Shown: positions 40,733 to 50,364 of the stretch, in pieces | Numbering within the stretch: the first letter of the stretch is position 1 | How the letters are laid out: each line of letters begins with the position of its first letter | Assembly: GCA_037442105.1 (NCBI GenBank) | Contig: JBBIQV010000005.1 | Coordinates: forward strand, 1 to 64,000 | Reading direction: 5' to 3' | From: Nitrospiraceae bacterium | GTDB lineage: Bacteria > Nitrospirota > Nitrospiria > Nitrospirales > Nitrospiraceae | DNA: 64,000 nt | Notes under the pieces: generated by a model | The model's database searches: none | What the model was told of the DNA's origin: nothing | What the model saw: only the letters and a program-made list of their open reading frames with translations | Position numbers and translations under genes: made by a program

Positions 40733-43576
40733 ATGCCTCTCTTGCTTCCCGAAAAGTCCCGCGCCATTGCCGCAGACCTTCGCCGGTTGCTCGGTGGTGA
40801 GAAGGTCAAAGACGACATTCCGACCCGCACCGCCTATGCCGTGGATGCCGGCATCTATCGCGTGACACCCGCCGTGGTGGTGATGGCCGAGTCGGAAGCC
40901 AACGTCCAAACCGTCATCACCTATGCTGTGAAGCGCGGGATCGCACTGACTCCCCGGGCTGCCGGAACCAACCTCACGGGATCGGCGATCGGGTCCGGCA
41001 TCATCCTCGACGTGTCCCGCCTCGATCGGATTATCGAGGTCAACCGGGAGGAACGGTGGGCGAGGGTTCAGCCCGGCATCGTGCTGGCAGAGCTCAACAA
41101 GCGTCTTGCGCCGGAGGGGCTCTTGTTCGGTCCGGATCCTTCAAGCGGCGATATGTGCAAGTTGGGGGGGATGATTGCCAACAATTCCAGCGGTCCCCAC
41201 ACGCTCCGCTATGGGTCGGTGAAGGATAATGTGCAGAGCCTGCGCGTGTGCTTGACGTCCGGTCACTGGATCGACGCGCGACCCTATTCGCTGGATGAGC
41301 CTGCGCTGGAACGATTGTTGATCGACTTCCCGGCGTTGCGGGACACGTTCGTCTTGACGCAATCCCATTCGGAACTCATTGCCGCGAGGCGCCCGACGGT
41401 CAGCAAGAACAGTTGCGGCTACAATCTGTTCGACCTTGCGGACGGTCTAAAACGAGGACGGTTCGATCTGCCGAAGCTCTTTGTGGGTAGCGAGGGGACG
41501 CTTGCTGTGGTCGGCGAGGCGACAATCAGGCTGGTCAAGAAACCGTACGCCAGTCTGACGGCGTTGATCCATTTCCGGAATCTTGAGGATGTAGGTGAAG
41601 CAGTGCCGCAGTTGTTGCAACTCGCGCCCAGCGCGCTGGAAGTGATGGACGGCAATACGTTGGATCTGATCGGCCGTATCCGCTACGGCATTCCGGCGGA
41701 TGCGGCTGCGACGCTCCTGGCAGAGGTGGATGCCGACGACGGCGGGAACGACCTGCGGGAGCACGCGGATAAAATGGCGGTGATCTGCCGGCGCTACCGG
41801 CTGGCAGCCGATCTTACGGTCGCCTTCGACCGAGCGCAACGAGATGAACTGTGGCAGGCGAGGAAGGCGCTGTATCCCACCCTGTACCGATTTGATTTGC
41901 GGAAGAAGCCGATCAATTTTGTGGATGATGTGGTGGTGCGGGCGGAGCGCATCAGCGAGCTGATCCGTTATCTGGAAGAGTTCTTTGCGGGGCAACGAGT
42001 ACCGGTGGCGATCTTCGGCCACATCGGAAACGGCAATGCCCATATTGTGCCCCTGCTTGATGTGAATGATCGGCAGGATTTCGACAAAATGGTCGAAGGA
42101 TACCGTGAGATCCATCAGACCGTCCTCACTCGATTCGGCGGCTCAATTTGCGGCGAACACGGCGATGGGCGCGTGCGTGCCGAGTTCGTACGCAAGATGT
42201 TCGGCGAGGAGCTGTATGAGCTGTTCGTGCAGGTGAAGCGCGCGCTCGATCCGTCCGGCGTCATGAATCCGGGGGTGAAACTCAGCGACGCGCCGTTCAC
42301 GGAGCATATCGACTATCAGCGGCTCTCCAAATCCTGCGCGACCTGCGCCAAGTGCAACTCGGTCTGTCCGGTCTACGACGTGTTTCAATCGGAGGACATG
42401 AGTTCGCGGGGCTGGTTCGAAATCGTCACGGCGAAGGATTACAGCTATCTGAACTCGAAACGAGTGGTGGAGGCTTGCCTGAATTGCAAGTCTTGCCGGA
42501 CGATCTGCCCGGCCGGCGTGGACGTGTCCGATCTCATTCTGAAGCGACGAGCCGAACGGCCCAATCGGATGGCGGGGCTTATCTTCCGATTGCATGCACG
42601 GCCTCGGTTGTTCGAGCCGCTGCTCAAGCTCCTGGCTATGACACAGCCGGGATGGGATCGACCTTGGCCGCGCATGGCGGTCGAATGGCTTACACGGCCC
42701 TTCTTGCGGCGGATTGCCGACACGGCTCGCATTCCAAGAGATATGGTCCTGCCCAAGCTGGCCCGTCGGCACCTGCGCGAGCGGTATCCTGAGCTGGTTC
42801 GGAAGGGGAGTGAACCACAGCAGAACGACGTGGCTTATTTTCACGGCTGCGCGGCGAACTACTTTGACGACGGGGTGGGAGACGCGGTGATCGCAGTTCT
42901 GCGGAGACACGGTGTGGAGCCGGCGCTTCCGCCTCAGCGCTGCTCCGGTACGCCGATCGAAACGTATGGGCATCTGGACCTCGTGAGGGAGGGAGCACGG
43001 TTCAACCTGCAGTCTCTTGCACCTTATCGCACTATCGTGACGGGCTGCGCTTCCTGCACGCTCATGCTGAAAGATTATCCCAAGCTCTTCGAGGATGGAC
43101 TTGAACGGCAAGCGGCTGAAGCGTTGGCTAAGCGAGTCCGGCATATCTCCGAGTTTGTGGCCCAGTCCGCGGGCTCGCCTGCGAAGGGAGCCGCAGCATC
43201 GTCCCCGCGGCGTGTCACGTACCATTCATCCTGCCACTTGCGGGCAGCGGGAGTGACCAAGGAACCGAGAACGATTCTTGCCGGCCTGCCGGGTGTCGAG
43301 TTTGTAGAGATGCCGGATGCGGATCGCTGTGCCGGCGGGGCTGGGACTTACATCGTGAAAGATTATGGGACGTCTCAGAAGATTTTTGCGCGGAAACGAC
43401 GGGCGATCGAAGAGAGCGGCGCCGAGGTGGTGGCCACCAGTTGTCCGGCCTGCATGATCCAGTTAAAGAACGGATTACAGGGGCGAGCGGAAGTCAAGCA
43501 TGTGGCGGAGGTGCTGAACGAGGCTTATGAGGCCGCCGTGCGCCAATCGGGCGAGCACGAAAGGACGAGGCGCTGA
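40733..43576 (+). CDS. Fused FAD-linked/Fe-S oxidoreductase (GlcD+GlcF, D-lactate dehydrogenase-like)
   Basis: PRAAGTNLTG, FGPDPSS..GGMIANNSSG, GSEGTL, GHIGNGNAH, GEHGDG, two CxxCxxCxxxCP motifs and two CCG-like domains. Confidence 0.9.
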   Translation: MPLLLPEKSRAIAADLRRLLGGEKVKDDIPTRTAYAVDAGIYRVTPAVVVMAESEANVQTVITYAVKRGIALTPRAAGTNLTGSAIGSGIILDVSRLDRIIEVNREERWARVQPGIVLAELNKRLAPEGLLFGPDPSSGDMCKLGGMIANNSSGPHTLRYGSVKDNVQSLRVCLTSGHWIDARPYSLDEPALERLLIDFPALRDTFVLTQSHSELIAARRPTVSKNSCGYNLFDLADGLKRGRFDLPKLFVGSEGTLAVVGEATIRLVKKPYASLTALIHFRNLEDVGEAVPQLLQLAPSALEVMDGNTLDLIGRIRYGIPADAAATLLAEVDADDGGNDLREHADKMAVICRRYRLAADLTVAFDRAQRDELWQARKALYPTLYRFDLRKKPINFVDDVVVRAERISELIRYLEEFFAGQRVPVAIFGHIGNGNAHIVPLLDVNDRQDFDKMVEGYREIHQTVLTRFGGSICGEHGDGRVRAEFVRKMFGEELYELFVQVKRALDPSGVMNPGVKLSDAPFTEHIDYQRLSKSCATCAKCNSVCPVYDVFQSEDMSSRGWFEIVTAKDYSYLNSKRVVEACLNCKSCRTICPAGVDVSDLILKRRAERPNRMAGLIFRLHARPRLFEPLLKLLAMTQPGWDRPWPRMAVEWLTRPFLRRIADTARIPRDMVLPKLARRHLRERYPELVRKGSEPQQNDVAYFHGCAANYFDDGVGDAVIAVLRRHGVEPALPPQRCSGTPIETYGHLDLVREGARFNLQSLAPYRTIVTGCASCTLMLKDYPKLFEDGLERQAAEALAKRVRHISEFVAQSAGSPAKGAAASSPRRVTYHSSCHLRAAGVTKEPRTILAGLPGVEFVEMPDADRCAGGAGTYIVKDYGTSQKIFARKRRAIEESGAEVVATSCPACMIQLKNGLQGRAEVKHVAEVLNEAYEAAVRQSGEHERTRR

Positions 43577-43818
43577 TGTTCAGGAAAGCCGATCTGATCT
43601 TTGTAGCCTTGGCGGTGCTCGTGGTGGTCGGCGTCACTCTTCTGCCTTCGCCGAAAGATCAAAATCCCGCCGTGCCCAAGAACGCTGCGCACCAAGGAAT
43701 GGCCGTTGAAAAGGATTGCCTCAGGTGCCATGTTGTTGGAGGGGTGCAGCCACTGTCAGTGCGGCATCCCAAGCGGCAGGATTGCTTCCGGTGTCATCGG
43801 ACGAATAAGGATTCGTAA
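43576..43818 (+). CDS. Small membrane-anchored dihaem cytochrome c
   Basis: N-terminal hydrophobic helix, CLRCH and CFRCH, extra His residues (AAH, RHP); TGATG overlap with the upstream gene. Confidence 0.8.
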   Translation: MFRKADLIFVALAVLVVVGVTLLPSPKDQNPAVPKNAAHQGMAVEKDCLRCHVVGGVQPLSVRHPKRQDCFRCHRTNKDS

Positions 43819-43830
43819 GGGGGAGCGGTT

Positions 43831-44109
43831 ATGGTTACGATCATGATGTTCGGCCACGCATTGCGAGAGTGCGTGGAAGAGCCGGAGGTTGAAGTGAAAA
43901 TCGCTGCGCCGATGACCGTGAAAGCCGTTCTCGAAGCCAACCAGGACAAGCTCGGCGGCGCACTGAGCCTTGCCAACAAAAGCGAAATCCTTGTGACCAT
44001 CAACAAGAAGGTTGGTACGTTGGATTCCATCGTGAAAGACGGCGATACAGTTAAGCTGACCCACCAATTCAATCCTTCCTACGACGGCGCCCGCTGGCAC
44101 AACCCGTGA
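43831..44109 (+). CDS. MoaD/ThiS-like beta-grasp protein without a C-terminal GG
   Basis: VTIMMFG..LRE, TVKAVL, ILVTIN...LDSIVKDGDTVKL; ends FNPSYDGARWHNP. Confidence 0.75.
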   Translation: MVTIMMFGHALRECVEEPEVEVKIAAPMTVKAVLEANQDKLGGALSLANKSEILVTINKKVGTLDSIVKDGDTVKLTHQFNPSYDGARWHNP

Positions 44110-44146
44110 GAGGGTTAAGAAAGCATAAAGTATTGGGGATAGTGGA

Positions 44147-44347
44147 ATGGCTGATTTGAAGTGGACAACGGACAAACCGACGACGGCCGGTTGGTACTGG
44201 TACCGCGGCCAGGCGCACGAAGCTGACCCATTCATCGTTCAGGTGGATGAGGTGGGGCAATTTCAGTGGCCGGACGGGGGATTTCAGGAGGTGACCCTTG
44301 CAAAAGGAGAATGGGCCGGGCCGATCGATCCACCGGAGGAGTCGTGA
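44147..44347 (+). CDS. Small Trp-rich acidic hypothetical protein
   Basis: 66 aa ORF, W..KP..AGWYWYR...WAGPI.PP; purine-rich upstream region; co-oriented with the operon. Confidence 0.65.
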   Translation: MADLKWTTDKPTTAGWYWYRGQAHEADPFIVQVDEVGQFQWPDGGFQEVTLAKGEWAGPIDPPEES

Positions 44348-44374
44348 GCTGATCGCAGGAGTCAGGAGTATGGG

Positions 44375-44734
44375 TCAGCTTTCCATCATCTCCAGCCTGG
44401 CGTCGAACTCGTGATCGCACTGGGCGCAGCGTAGGCAATCCCGTTCAACAGTACCTTCCTCGATCCGGATGCCCATGCCTCCGCAATCCGGGCATCGGGC
44501 CAGATGCGGTTGGTGCTCGTCCAGCGTCTCATAGCGTACGCCGTGCAAGCAGTACACCGGCTGTCCATTGATCTCCCAGGACCGGCCCTGATTGTCCATT
44601 TCCGGCAAAACGATGTAATGGCGTGCGGCATAGTCCTCTATGGCCTGGCGCGTGGCAAGCCCGTCCTTGATGAGCTTGCCGGTCCGGGCGTCGTAGAGCG
44701 CATCACCCTCGATGCTCACCTTCGTAGGACCCAT
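44375..44734 (-). CDS. Hypothetical protein with C-terminal zinc ribbon
   Basis: CPDCGG...RCAQCDHEF; AGAGGTG upstream of ATG 44734. Confidence 0.7.
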   Translation of the reverse strand: MGPTKVSIEGDALYDARTGKLIKDGLATRQAIEDYAARHYIVLPEMDNQGRSWEINGQPVYCLHGVRYETLDEHQPHLARCPDCGGMGIRIEEGTVERDCLRCAQCDHEFDARLEMMES

Positions 44735-44839
44735 AAGGCACCTCTCTTGAAATAACGATAATGCAACCTTACTCCGGTTGCAGTTCTGAATCAACGGCGG
44801 ACATGTGTCCGGGTGAAGGCCAGTAACTGCCGCGTGCCA

Positions 44840-45230
44840 TCAGCCCGGACCCCATAGGCCACGAGCAGCTGCACGCGCTTGCGGCCGCCCGGCGGTCCAA
44901 GCGCGCAAGGTGCCGAGGCGGGGGACAAACTCGCGCTCGTAAAACCCGTTCCGGGCATCGGCCCGCGCCGGACGCCGTTCGTACTCCCGCACCCCCAGAG
45001 ACCGATCCCGGGCCTCCAGCGACAGCCGCCCTAACCAGTCTTGCCAACTCTGCCGGGTGGGCTGGGCGAGATCGCCCCAAAACTGCTCGCGGAGTTCGGA
45101 ACGGAAATGTTGCCACTGCTTGGTCCACGGTGCTCGCGTCGGCATAGGTGCACGCCTCCTTTGGTGGAGATTGGTGGAGAATGGGTTCGCCTCGTCAGCG
45201 CCCAGCTTACACCCTTCGTCTTTGACACAG
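44840..45230 (-). pseudogene. Truncated IS256-family transposase with its left end
   Basis: ORF 45145-44840 contains LGVREYERRPARADARNGFYEREFVPRLGTL (IS256 N-terminal signature), then unrelated sequence; GTGTCAAAGACGAAGGGTGTAA at 45228-45207 resembles an IS256 terminal repeat. Confidence 0.75.
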
Positions 45231-45329
45231 AGAAGATTACATCACCAACGGCGACCATCCCTTGCGCCGCTGATGGGCCTATGGTACGTTACGCGTCGCT
45301 CTCCGAGCATGAGCGCACGAGGGATCGTC

Positions 45330-45761
45330 ATGGGTGGCGAGGAGGAACAGGGGTTCATCATCCGTGACCGTCGGGGGCGCGCAGAGCAGGATGCCGGCTC
45401 TGCGGCAGCTCAGGCGCGTCCTTCTGCCTCAAGCACGGCACCGTCGTCCGGTCAGGCACAACAGGCCCAGAGTGCTCCGACACAGGAGCCCGGCATGCCG
45501 GTGACCTTCTCGTCGTTCGTGATTTCGGTCGGCACCTCTGCCTTGATGCTCCTCGGGGAACAGATTGATCCCCAACAGCCTCCCGTACCGGTGAACTTGC
45601 CGCAGGCCAAAGAGATCATCGATCTGCTGTCGGTTCTGGAAGAGAAAACACGGAGCAATCTTACAACGGAGGAACAGACGGTGTTGCGCGACATGCTCTA
45701 TGCGCTCCGGATGAAGTACGTCAGCCTGGCATCAGGGCAACCATCCTCCCGCCAGTCCTAA
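45330..45761 (+). CDS. DUF1844-like protein
   Basis: FSSFVISVGTSALMLLG...NLPQAKEIIDLLSVLEEKTRSNLTTEE..L..LYALRMKYV. Confidence 0.8.
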   Translation: MGGEEEQGFIIRDRRGRAEQDAGSAAAQARPSASSTAPSSGQAQQAQSAPTQEPGMPVTFSSFVISVGTSALMLLGEQIDPQQPPVPVNLPQAKEIIDLLSVLEEKTRSNLTTEEQTVLRDMLYALRMKYVSLASGQPSSRQS

Positions 45762-45941
45762 CTCCGGTTGCGGGCCTGTCGCGCAACTGATCCATCTCCG
45801 TCCTCATCAGTCGTTCCGCCGAGGAACCAGTCTCGATCGCCCAGGAAATTCCCGGCAGGTGGACGGCGAGGGGGAACCGGTTGCATGAATTGTAAGGCCC
45901 CTTGCAGGATTCGGGTATAGTGCCTGATGATAGGCACATGA

Positions 45942-48299
45942 ATGGGTGTATTGGATCAGTCCATGGCTGACTCCGGTGGTGCCGACATCAACAATTTGGG
46001 GGAGAAGAAGTCCGGTGGTGCATTGCCGGAGATGGCCAAGTTTGCCGGTGGAGCTGTACGGCCGGCTTGGGAGTCGGCTGATGAGCAGGATCGTCGGAAA
46101 CTGCACGTGCGTCCTGTCTGGATCGTCCTTGTACTGCTGGCCCTCTGCCTCGGCCTCACTGTGTATTATGCCCAGTATGGAGTATCCGGAGTCGATGACG
46201 CAGGAACGTTTTTGCCGAGCACGAGCTATGCCTTCGTTCTGTTGCTGATCAACCTGGATCTGATCGGGTTCGTCGTCCTCACGCTCCTGCTGTCTCGGAA
46301 CCTCATCAAAGCCTATTTCGAGCGTAGGCATCGGATGATGGGATCGGGGTTCCGAGCCAAACTCGTGGCGGCGTTTATTGGGTTCTCGCTGATTCCGACC
46401 GTGTTGCTGGCGGTTGTCGCCAGCGGTTTGGTGAACAAGGCGGTGGATGTTTGGTTCAGCGATCAGATCGAGCGGGTCATGAAGGACTCTTACGAGGTGG
46501 CTCGGATGCAGCACGCCGGGCATATCACACTCGCCGTCAACAGTGCCCGCGCGATCAGCCATGAAATCTTTCGCGAAGATCTGCTCACCCAGGAACAACG
46601 CGATCTGTTGGTGGCTGCCATGATCCGGAAACGCGCCGAGTATGGCGTGGCCGGCGTCGAGGTCTATTCGGCGAAAATGGAGACCATGACCAAGGCGTTG
46701 GATCCGGAAGCGCCGTCGGCAGTCCTGGATCTTCCAAGTGGCCAGCTCGTTCTGCAGGTCATCACGGGCAAGCAGGAGTTGACCTCGGTTCAAGAGGCGC
46801 AGAGCGGGCGGCTCGTACGCGCGGCGATGCCGATTGCTTCCAATATTCGTCGCGGTGAAATCGATGGAGTGGTCGTTGTGGATGCGTATGTGCCGGAGTC
46901 GTTGCTCGCCAAAATGGAAGGCATCGGCCGGCAGTACGCCGAATACAAACAGATCAAGGCGATGAAGAACCCGATCAAGGCCGGTGCGTATCTGTTCGTC
47001 GCCGTGATTACCGTGTTGATCCTTTTCAGCGCGACGTGGTTCGGCTTCTATGTGGCGCGTGGTATCACCGTGCCGATCCAACGGTTGGCGGAAGCCACCG
47101 AGTCGATCGCGCACGGCGATCTTTCAGTCAGGATCGAGGCGAAGGCGGCCGATGAGATCGGTACGCTGGTCGAGTCGTTCAACCGGATGACGGAGGATTT
47201 GCGCTCGAGCAAAACCAAGCTCGAGGAGGCCAACATCTCGCTCCGGCAGTCCAACGTAGAGCTGGATCAACGCCGCGCTTATATCGAGATCGTCGTGGAC
47301 ACGATTGCGGCAGGGCTTGTCTCGATTGATCGAAGCGGCGTGCTCACCACCTTTAATCCGTCCGCGGAGCGTATCCTAGGACTGCGGGGCGACCGGCTCC
47401 GCGGCCGTCAGGTGAATGAGGCGTTCAAGGAATACGGGCTCGACCTATTCCAGACCGCCTACGACCGGATGCTGGTCGATCAGCGGGACAACCTCTCACT
47501 GGAAGGACAGGTCGAGGTTCAGGGAAAGTTTTTGACCATCGGGCTCAATTGCACTCGCATGTGCGATGAGGCGAATCGCGACCTGGGGTTTGTGCTCATT
47601 TTCGAGGACCTGACCGAGCTTATCAAGGCTCAGAAAGCCGCGGCGTGGCGGGAAGTCGCGCAGCGGATCGCGCATGAAATCAAAAACCCGCTGACGCCGA
47701 TCCAATTGTCGGCTCAGCGCCTCCGCAAAAAGTTCTTCGACAAGGCGCCGGACTTCGAGCGTATTTTCGACGATTCCACGCAAGTAATCGTCAACGAGGT
47801 GGCCAGTCTCAAACAGATGGTGGACGAGTTTTCCAAGTTTGCCCGCATGCCGGCGCCGCAACTGGCTGTAAACTCGATTCATGACGTCGTCAAGGAAGTC
47901 GTCACACTCTATCGGAGCGCCCACAAGGACGTGGAGTTTATCGTCGATCTGGATCAAGACCTGCCGTCTCTCAACTTCGATCGAGAACAGCTCAAGCGCG
48001 TCTTTGTGAACTTGTTCGATAATGCCATTCAGGCGATGAACCAGAAGGGCCGGCTCTGGGTCACGACGCGCTACGATACGAAGCCGCGTCGCGCGGTTGT
48101 GAGTATCGCGGACGAAGGAAGCGGTATCGCGCCGGAGGACCAGGAGAAACTCTTCGTGCCCTATTTCTCCCGAAAGAAGACGGGTACGGGCTTGGGACTC
48201 GCAATCGTGCGGCGTATCATCACGGATCACGAAGGGCAGATCCAAGCGGCGAACAATCAGCCGAAAGGGGCCGTGTTCACGTTCGAATTGCCAGTGTAA
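45942..48299 (+). CDS. ntrY: NtrY-like HAMP/PAS sensor histidine kinase
   Basis: GSGFRAKLV, HAMP DEIGTLVESFNRMT, PAS, AAWREVAQRIAHEIKNPLTPIQLSAQRL and GTGLGLAIV; start codon uncertain. Confidence 0.88.
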   Translation: MGVLDQSMADSGGADINNLGEKKSGGALPEMAKFAGGAVRPAWESADEQDRRKLHVRPVWIVLVLLALCLGLTVYYAQYGVSGVDDAGTFLPSTSYAFVLLLINLDLIGFVVLTLLLSRNLIKAYFERRHRMMGSGFRAKLVAAFIGFSLIPTVLLAVVASGLVNKAVDVWFSDQIERVMKDSYEVARMQHAGHITLAVNSARAISHEIFREDLLTQEQRDLLVAAMIRKRAEYGVAGVEVYSAKMETMTKALDPEAPSAVLDLPSGQLVLQVITGKQELTSVQEAQSGRLVRAAMPIASNIRRGEIDGVVVVDAYVPESLLAKMEGIGRQYAEYKQIKAMKNPIKAGAYLFVAVITVLILFSATWFGFYVARGITVPIQRLAEATESIAHGDLSVRIEAKAADEIGTLVESFNRMTEDLRSSKTKLEEANISLRQSNVELDQRRAYIEIVVDTIAAGLVSIDRSGVLTTFNPSAERILGLRGDRLRGRQVNEAFKEYGLDLFQTAYDRMLVDQRDNLSLEGQVEVQGKFLTIGLNCTRMCDEANRDLGFVLIFEDLTELIKAQKAAAWREVAQRIAHEIKNPLTPIQLSAQRLRKKFFDKAPDFERIFDDSTQVIVNEVASLKQMVDEFSKFARMPAPQLAVNSIHDVVKEVVTLYRSAHKDVEFIVDLDQDLPSLNFDREQLKRVFVNLFDNAIQAMNQKGRLWVTTRYDTKPRRAVVSIADEGSGIAPEDQEKLFVPYFSRKKTGTGLGLAIVRRIITDHEGQIQAANNQPKGAVFTFELPV

Positions 48300-48402
48300 G
48301 GGAACTGTGACGAGTGACAGGTGAAGGGTGACAAGTTGGCTCACGAAATCGATCTCGGACCTTGCGTCCCGCGCGTCACGCGTCGCCGATCACGAGGTCT
48401 GA

Positions 48403-49803
48403 ATGTCCGCATCCATCCTTATCGTTGACGACGAAGTGTCCATCCTGAATTCCCTGAGCAGCATCTTGGAGGATGAGGGCTACGAAGTGACCGCCGCCAA
48501 GAGCGGCGCCGAAGCCTTAAAGCTCTATACCACTGAACCACCGGACTTGATGCTGTTGGATATCTGGATGCCGGAAATGGACGGGCTCGAGACGCTGCGG
48601 CGGGTGCGCGAGTTGGTGCCGACCGCGCAGGTCATGATGATGTCCGGCCACGGCTCGATCGAGACAGCGGTCAAGGCTATCAAGCTCGGGGCCTACGATT
48701 ACATTGAAAAGCCGCTGTCGCTGGAGAACGTTACGCTCCGCGTCAAGCACGCGCTGGATCAACATCGGCTGGAACAGGAGAATTTGTCGCTGCGTACGAA
48801 GGTCGAGCGCAAGTTCGAACTAGTGGGAACGGCGCCGTCGATGCAACAGCTTCGGCAATTGATCGGGACAGCGGGGCCGACCAACAGCCGTGTCCTGATC
48901 GGCGGAGAGAACGGTACGGGCAAGGAGCTCGTGGCGCGAGCCATCCACCAGAACAGCGTGCGGGCCGACAAACCGTTCGTAGCCGTCAATTGCGCAGCTA
49001 TTCCGGAAACGTTGATCGAAAGCGAGTTGTTCGGCCACGAGAAGGGTTCGTTCAGCGGCGCTACGTCGATGAAGCGCGGGCAATTCGAACAAGCGGATGG
49101 CGGCACTCTCTTTCTGGACGAAATCGGGGACATGAGCTTGAACACGCAAGCCAAAGTGCTTCGCGCCCTGCAGGAGCAGCAATTCACGCGTGTGGGGGGT
49201 ACCAAGCTTCTCAAGGTCGATGTGCGTGTCCTCGCGGCGTCGAATAAGGATCTGCTGAAGGAAATCGAGAAGGGAACGTTTCGGGAGGACCTGTATTACC
49301 GCCTCAACGTCGTGCCGATTGTCGTGCCGCCTCTGCGCGAGCGGCGGGGAGACATTCCGCTCCTCGTGAGACACTTCATGCGGCTGCACGCGGAAGAACA
49401 GGGCTTGAAGCTCAAGGAGGTGTCACCCGAGGCGATAGAGATCTTTCAACAGTACGAGTGGCCGGGCAACATCCGCGAACTGCGTAATCTGATCGAGCGG
49501 CTTATGATCATGGTGCCGGGGCTGGTTATCGACGCCTCACACGCTGCCCTAGCTTTACAATCTCGCCCTGGCAGCACCGGTGCTCAGTCGGCCATGGCTG
49601 CTCAGTCAGGCAGTCCTCTCCTCAGCAAACACTTCGACTCGCTCCGCGATGCGCGGAATGCCTTCGAGAAGGAGTACATCTCTAAGAAACTCCGCGAGCA
49701 CCATTGGAACATCTCTCGTACGGCCGAGGACCTGAAGATCGAGCGCAGCCATCTCCACAGAAAAATCAAAATGCTGGATGTGGAGATGAGGCCCGAAGGA
49801 TGA
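48403..49803 (+). CDS. ntrX: NtrX-like sigma54-family response regulator
   Basis: LDIWMP, MSGHGSIETAV, GENGTGKE, ESELFGHEKGSFSGA, WPGNIRELRN, C-terminal HTH. Confidence 0.88.
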   Translation: MSASILIVDDEVSILNSLSSILEDEGYEVTAAKSGAEALKLYTTEPPDLMLLDIWMPEMDGLETLRRVRELVPTAQVMMMSGHGSIETAVKAIKLGAYDYIEKPLSLENVTLRVKHALDQHRLEQENLSLRTKVERKFELVGTAPSMQQLRQLIGTAGPTNSRVLIGGENGTGKELVARAIHQNSVRADKPFVAVNCAAIPETLIESELFGHEKGSFSGATSMKRGQFEQADGGTLFLDEIGDMSLNTQAKVLRALQEQQFTRVGGTKLLKVDVRVLAASNKDLLKEIEKGTFREDLYYRLNVVPIVVPPLRERRGDIPLLVRHFMRLHAEEQGLKLKEVSPEAIEIFQQYEWPGNIRELRNLIERLMIMVPGLVIDASHAALALQSRPGSTGAQSAMAAQSGSPLLSKHFDSLRDARNAFEKEYISKKLREHHWNISRTAEDLKIERSHLHRKIKMLDVEMRPEG

Positions 49804-49863
49804 GGGGTGTGGAAGAGCCTGTGAGCTTTCTTTGCTCACGGTCGTTCGACACACGGTATTTAT

Positions 49864-50085
49864 TCATGCGGCTCGGTGCGAAACCGCCGAGACGTGACGT
49901 GAGCCTCCCGGAGGACGCCGGGCGCTTGAAGTCACGATCGGGATCGAGGTGTACCTCACGCGGTGTGTTAAAGAGCTGGGCGGTGGGACCACCCGGCTGC
50001 GAATGCTTTCGATGAGGAGTACCAGCTCATAGGTGAAGTACCCTGTGAGGGCTGTGAGGCCGATCAGGTAAATCAAATCGAACAT
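49864..50085 (-). CDS. Small single-TM hypothetical protein
   Basis: MFDLIYLIGLTALTGYFTYELVLL hydrophobic start; AAGGAAG RBS. Confidence 0.55.
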   Translation of the reverse strand: MFDLIYLIGLTALTGYFTYELVLLIESIRSRVVPPPSSLTHRVRYTSIPIVTSSARRPPGGSRHVSAVSHRAA

Positions 50086-50364
50086 CGCGCCACTTCCTTT
50101 GCCGCCGGGCCTGCTAGTCAGGTATCTGCTAAGAAGAATAGCGGAACAAGGCCACTCGCGATATTCCTCAAAAGAACATGCCTGTTTCCCTCGAAAGAGG
50201 GAGATCGAGAGGAGATGTCAAGGAAGCATTATCGACGACGCAGGAGAGGGAAGGATTTGACAATCCCCTGAAAAAGCAACGGCTTGTCTGGTCGGATGTT
50301 CACGGTACTGCGAACCGGCTGTGAGGTGAAGCAGGGAAAGCCACGGTGCCCGTTATTTTGCCGG

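Noticed and set aside
45807..47114. 435 aa minus-strand ORF
   Set aside because: Antisense shadow of ntrY
49864..50085. KdpF-like assignment for the small TM protein
   Set aside because: Only generic hydrophobic similarity, longer than KdpF, and no kdp genes nearby
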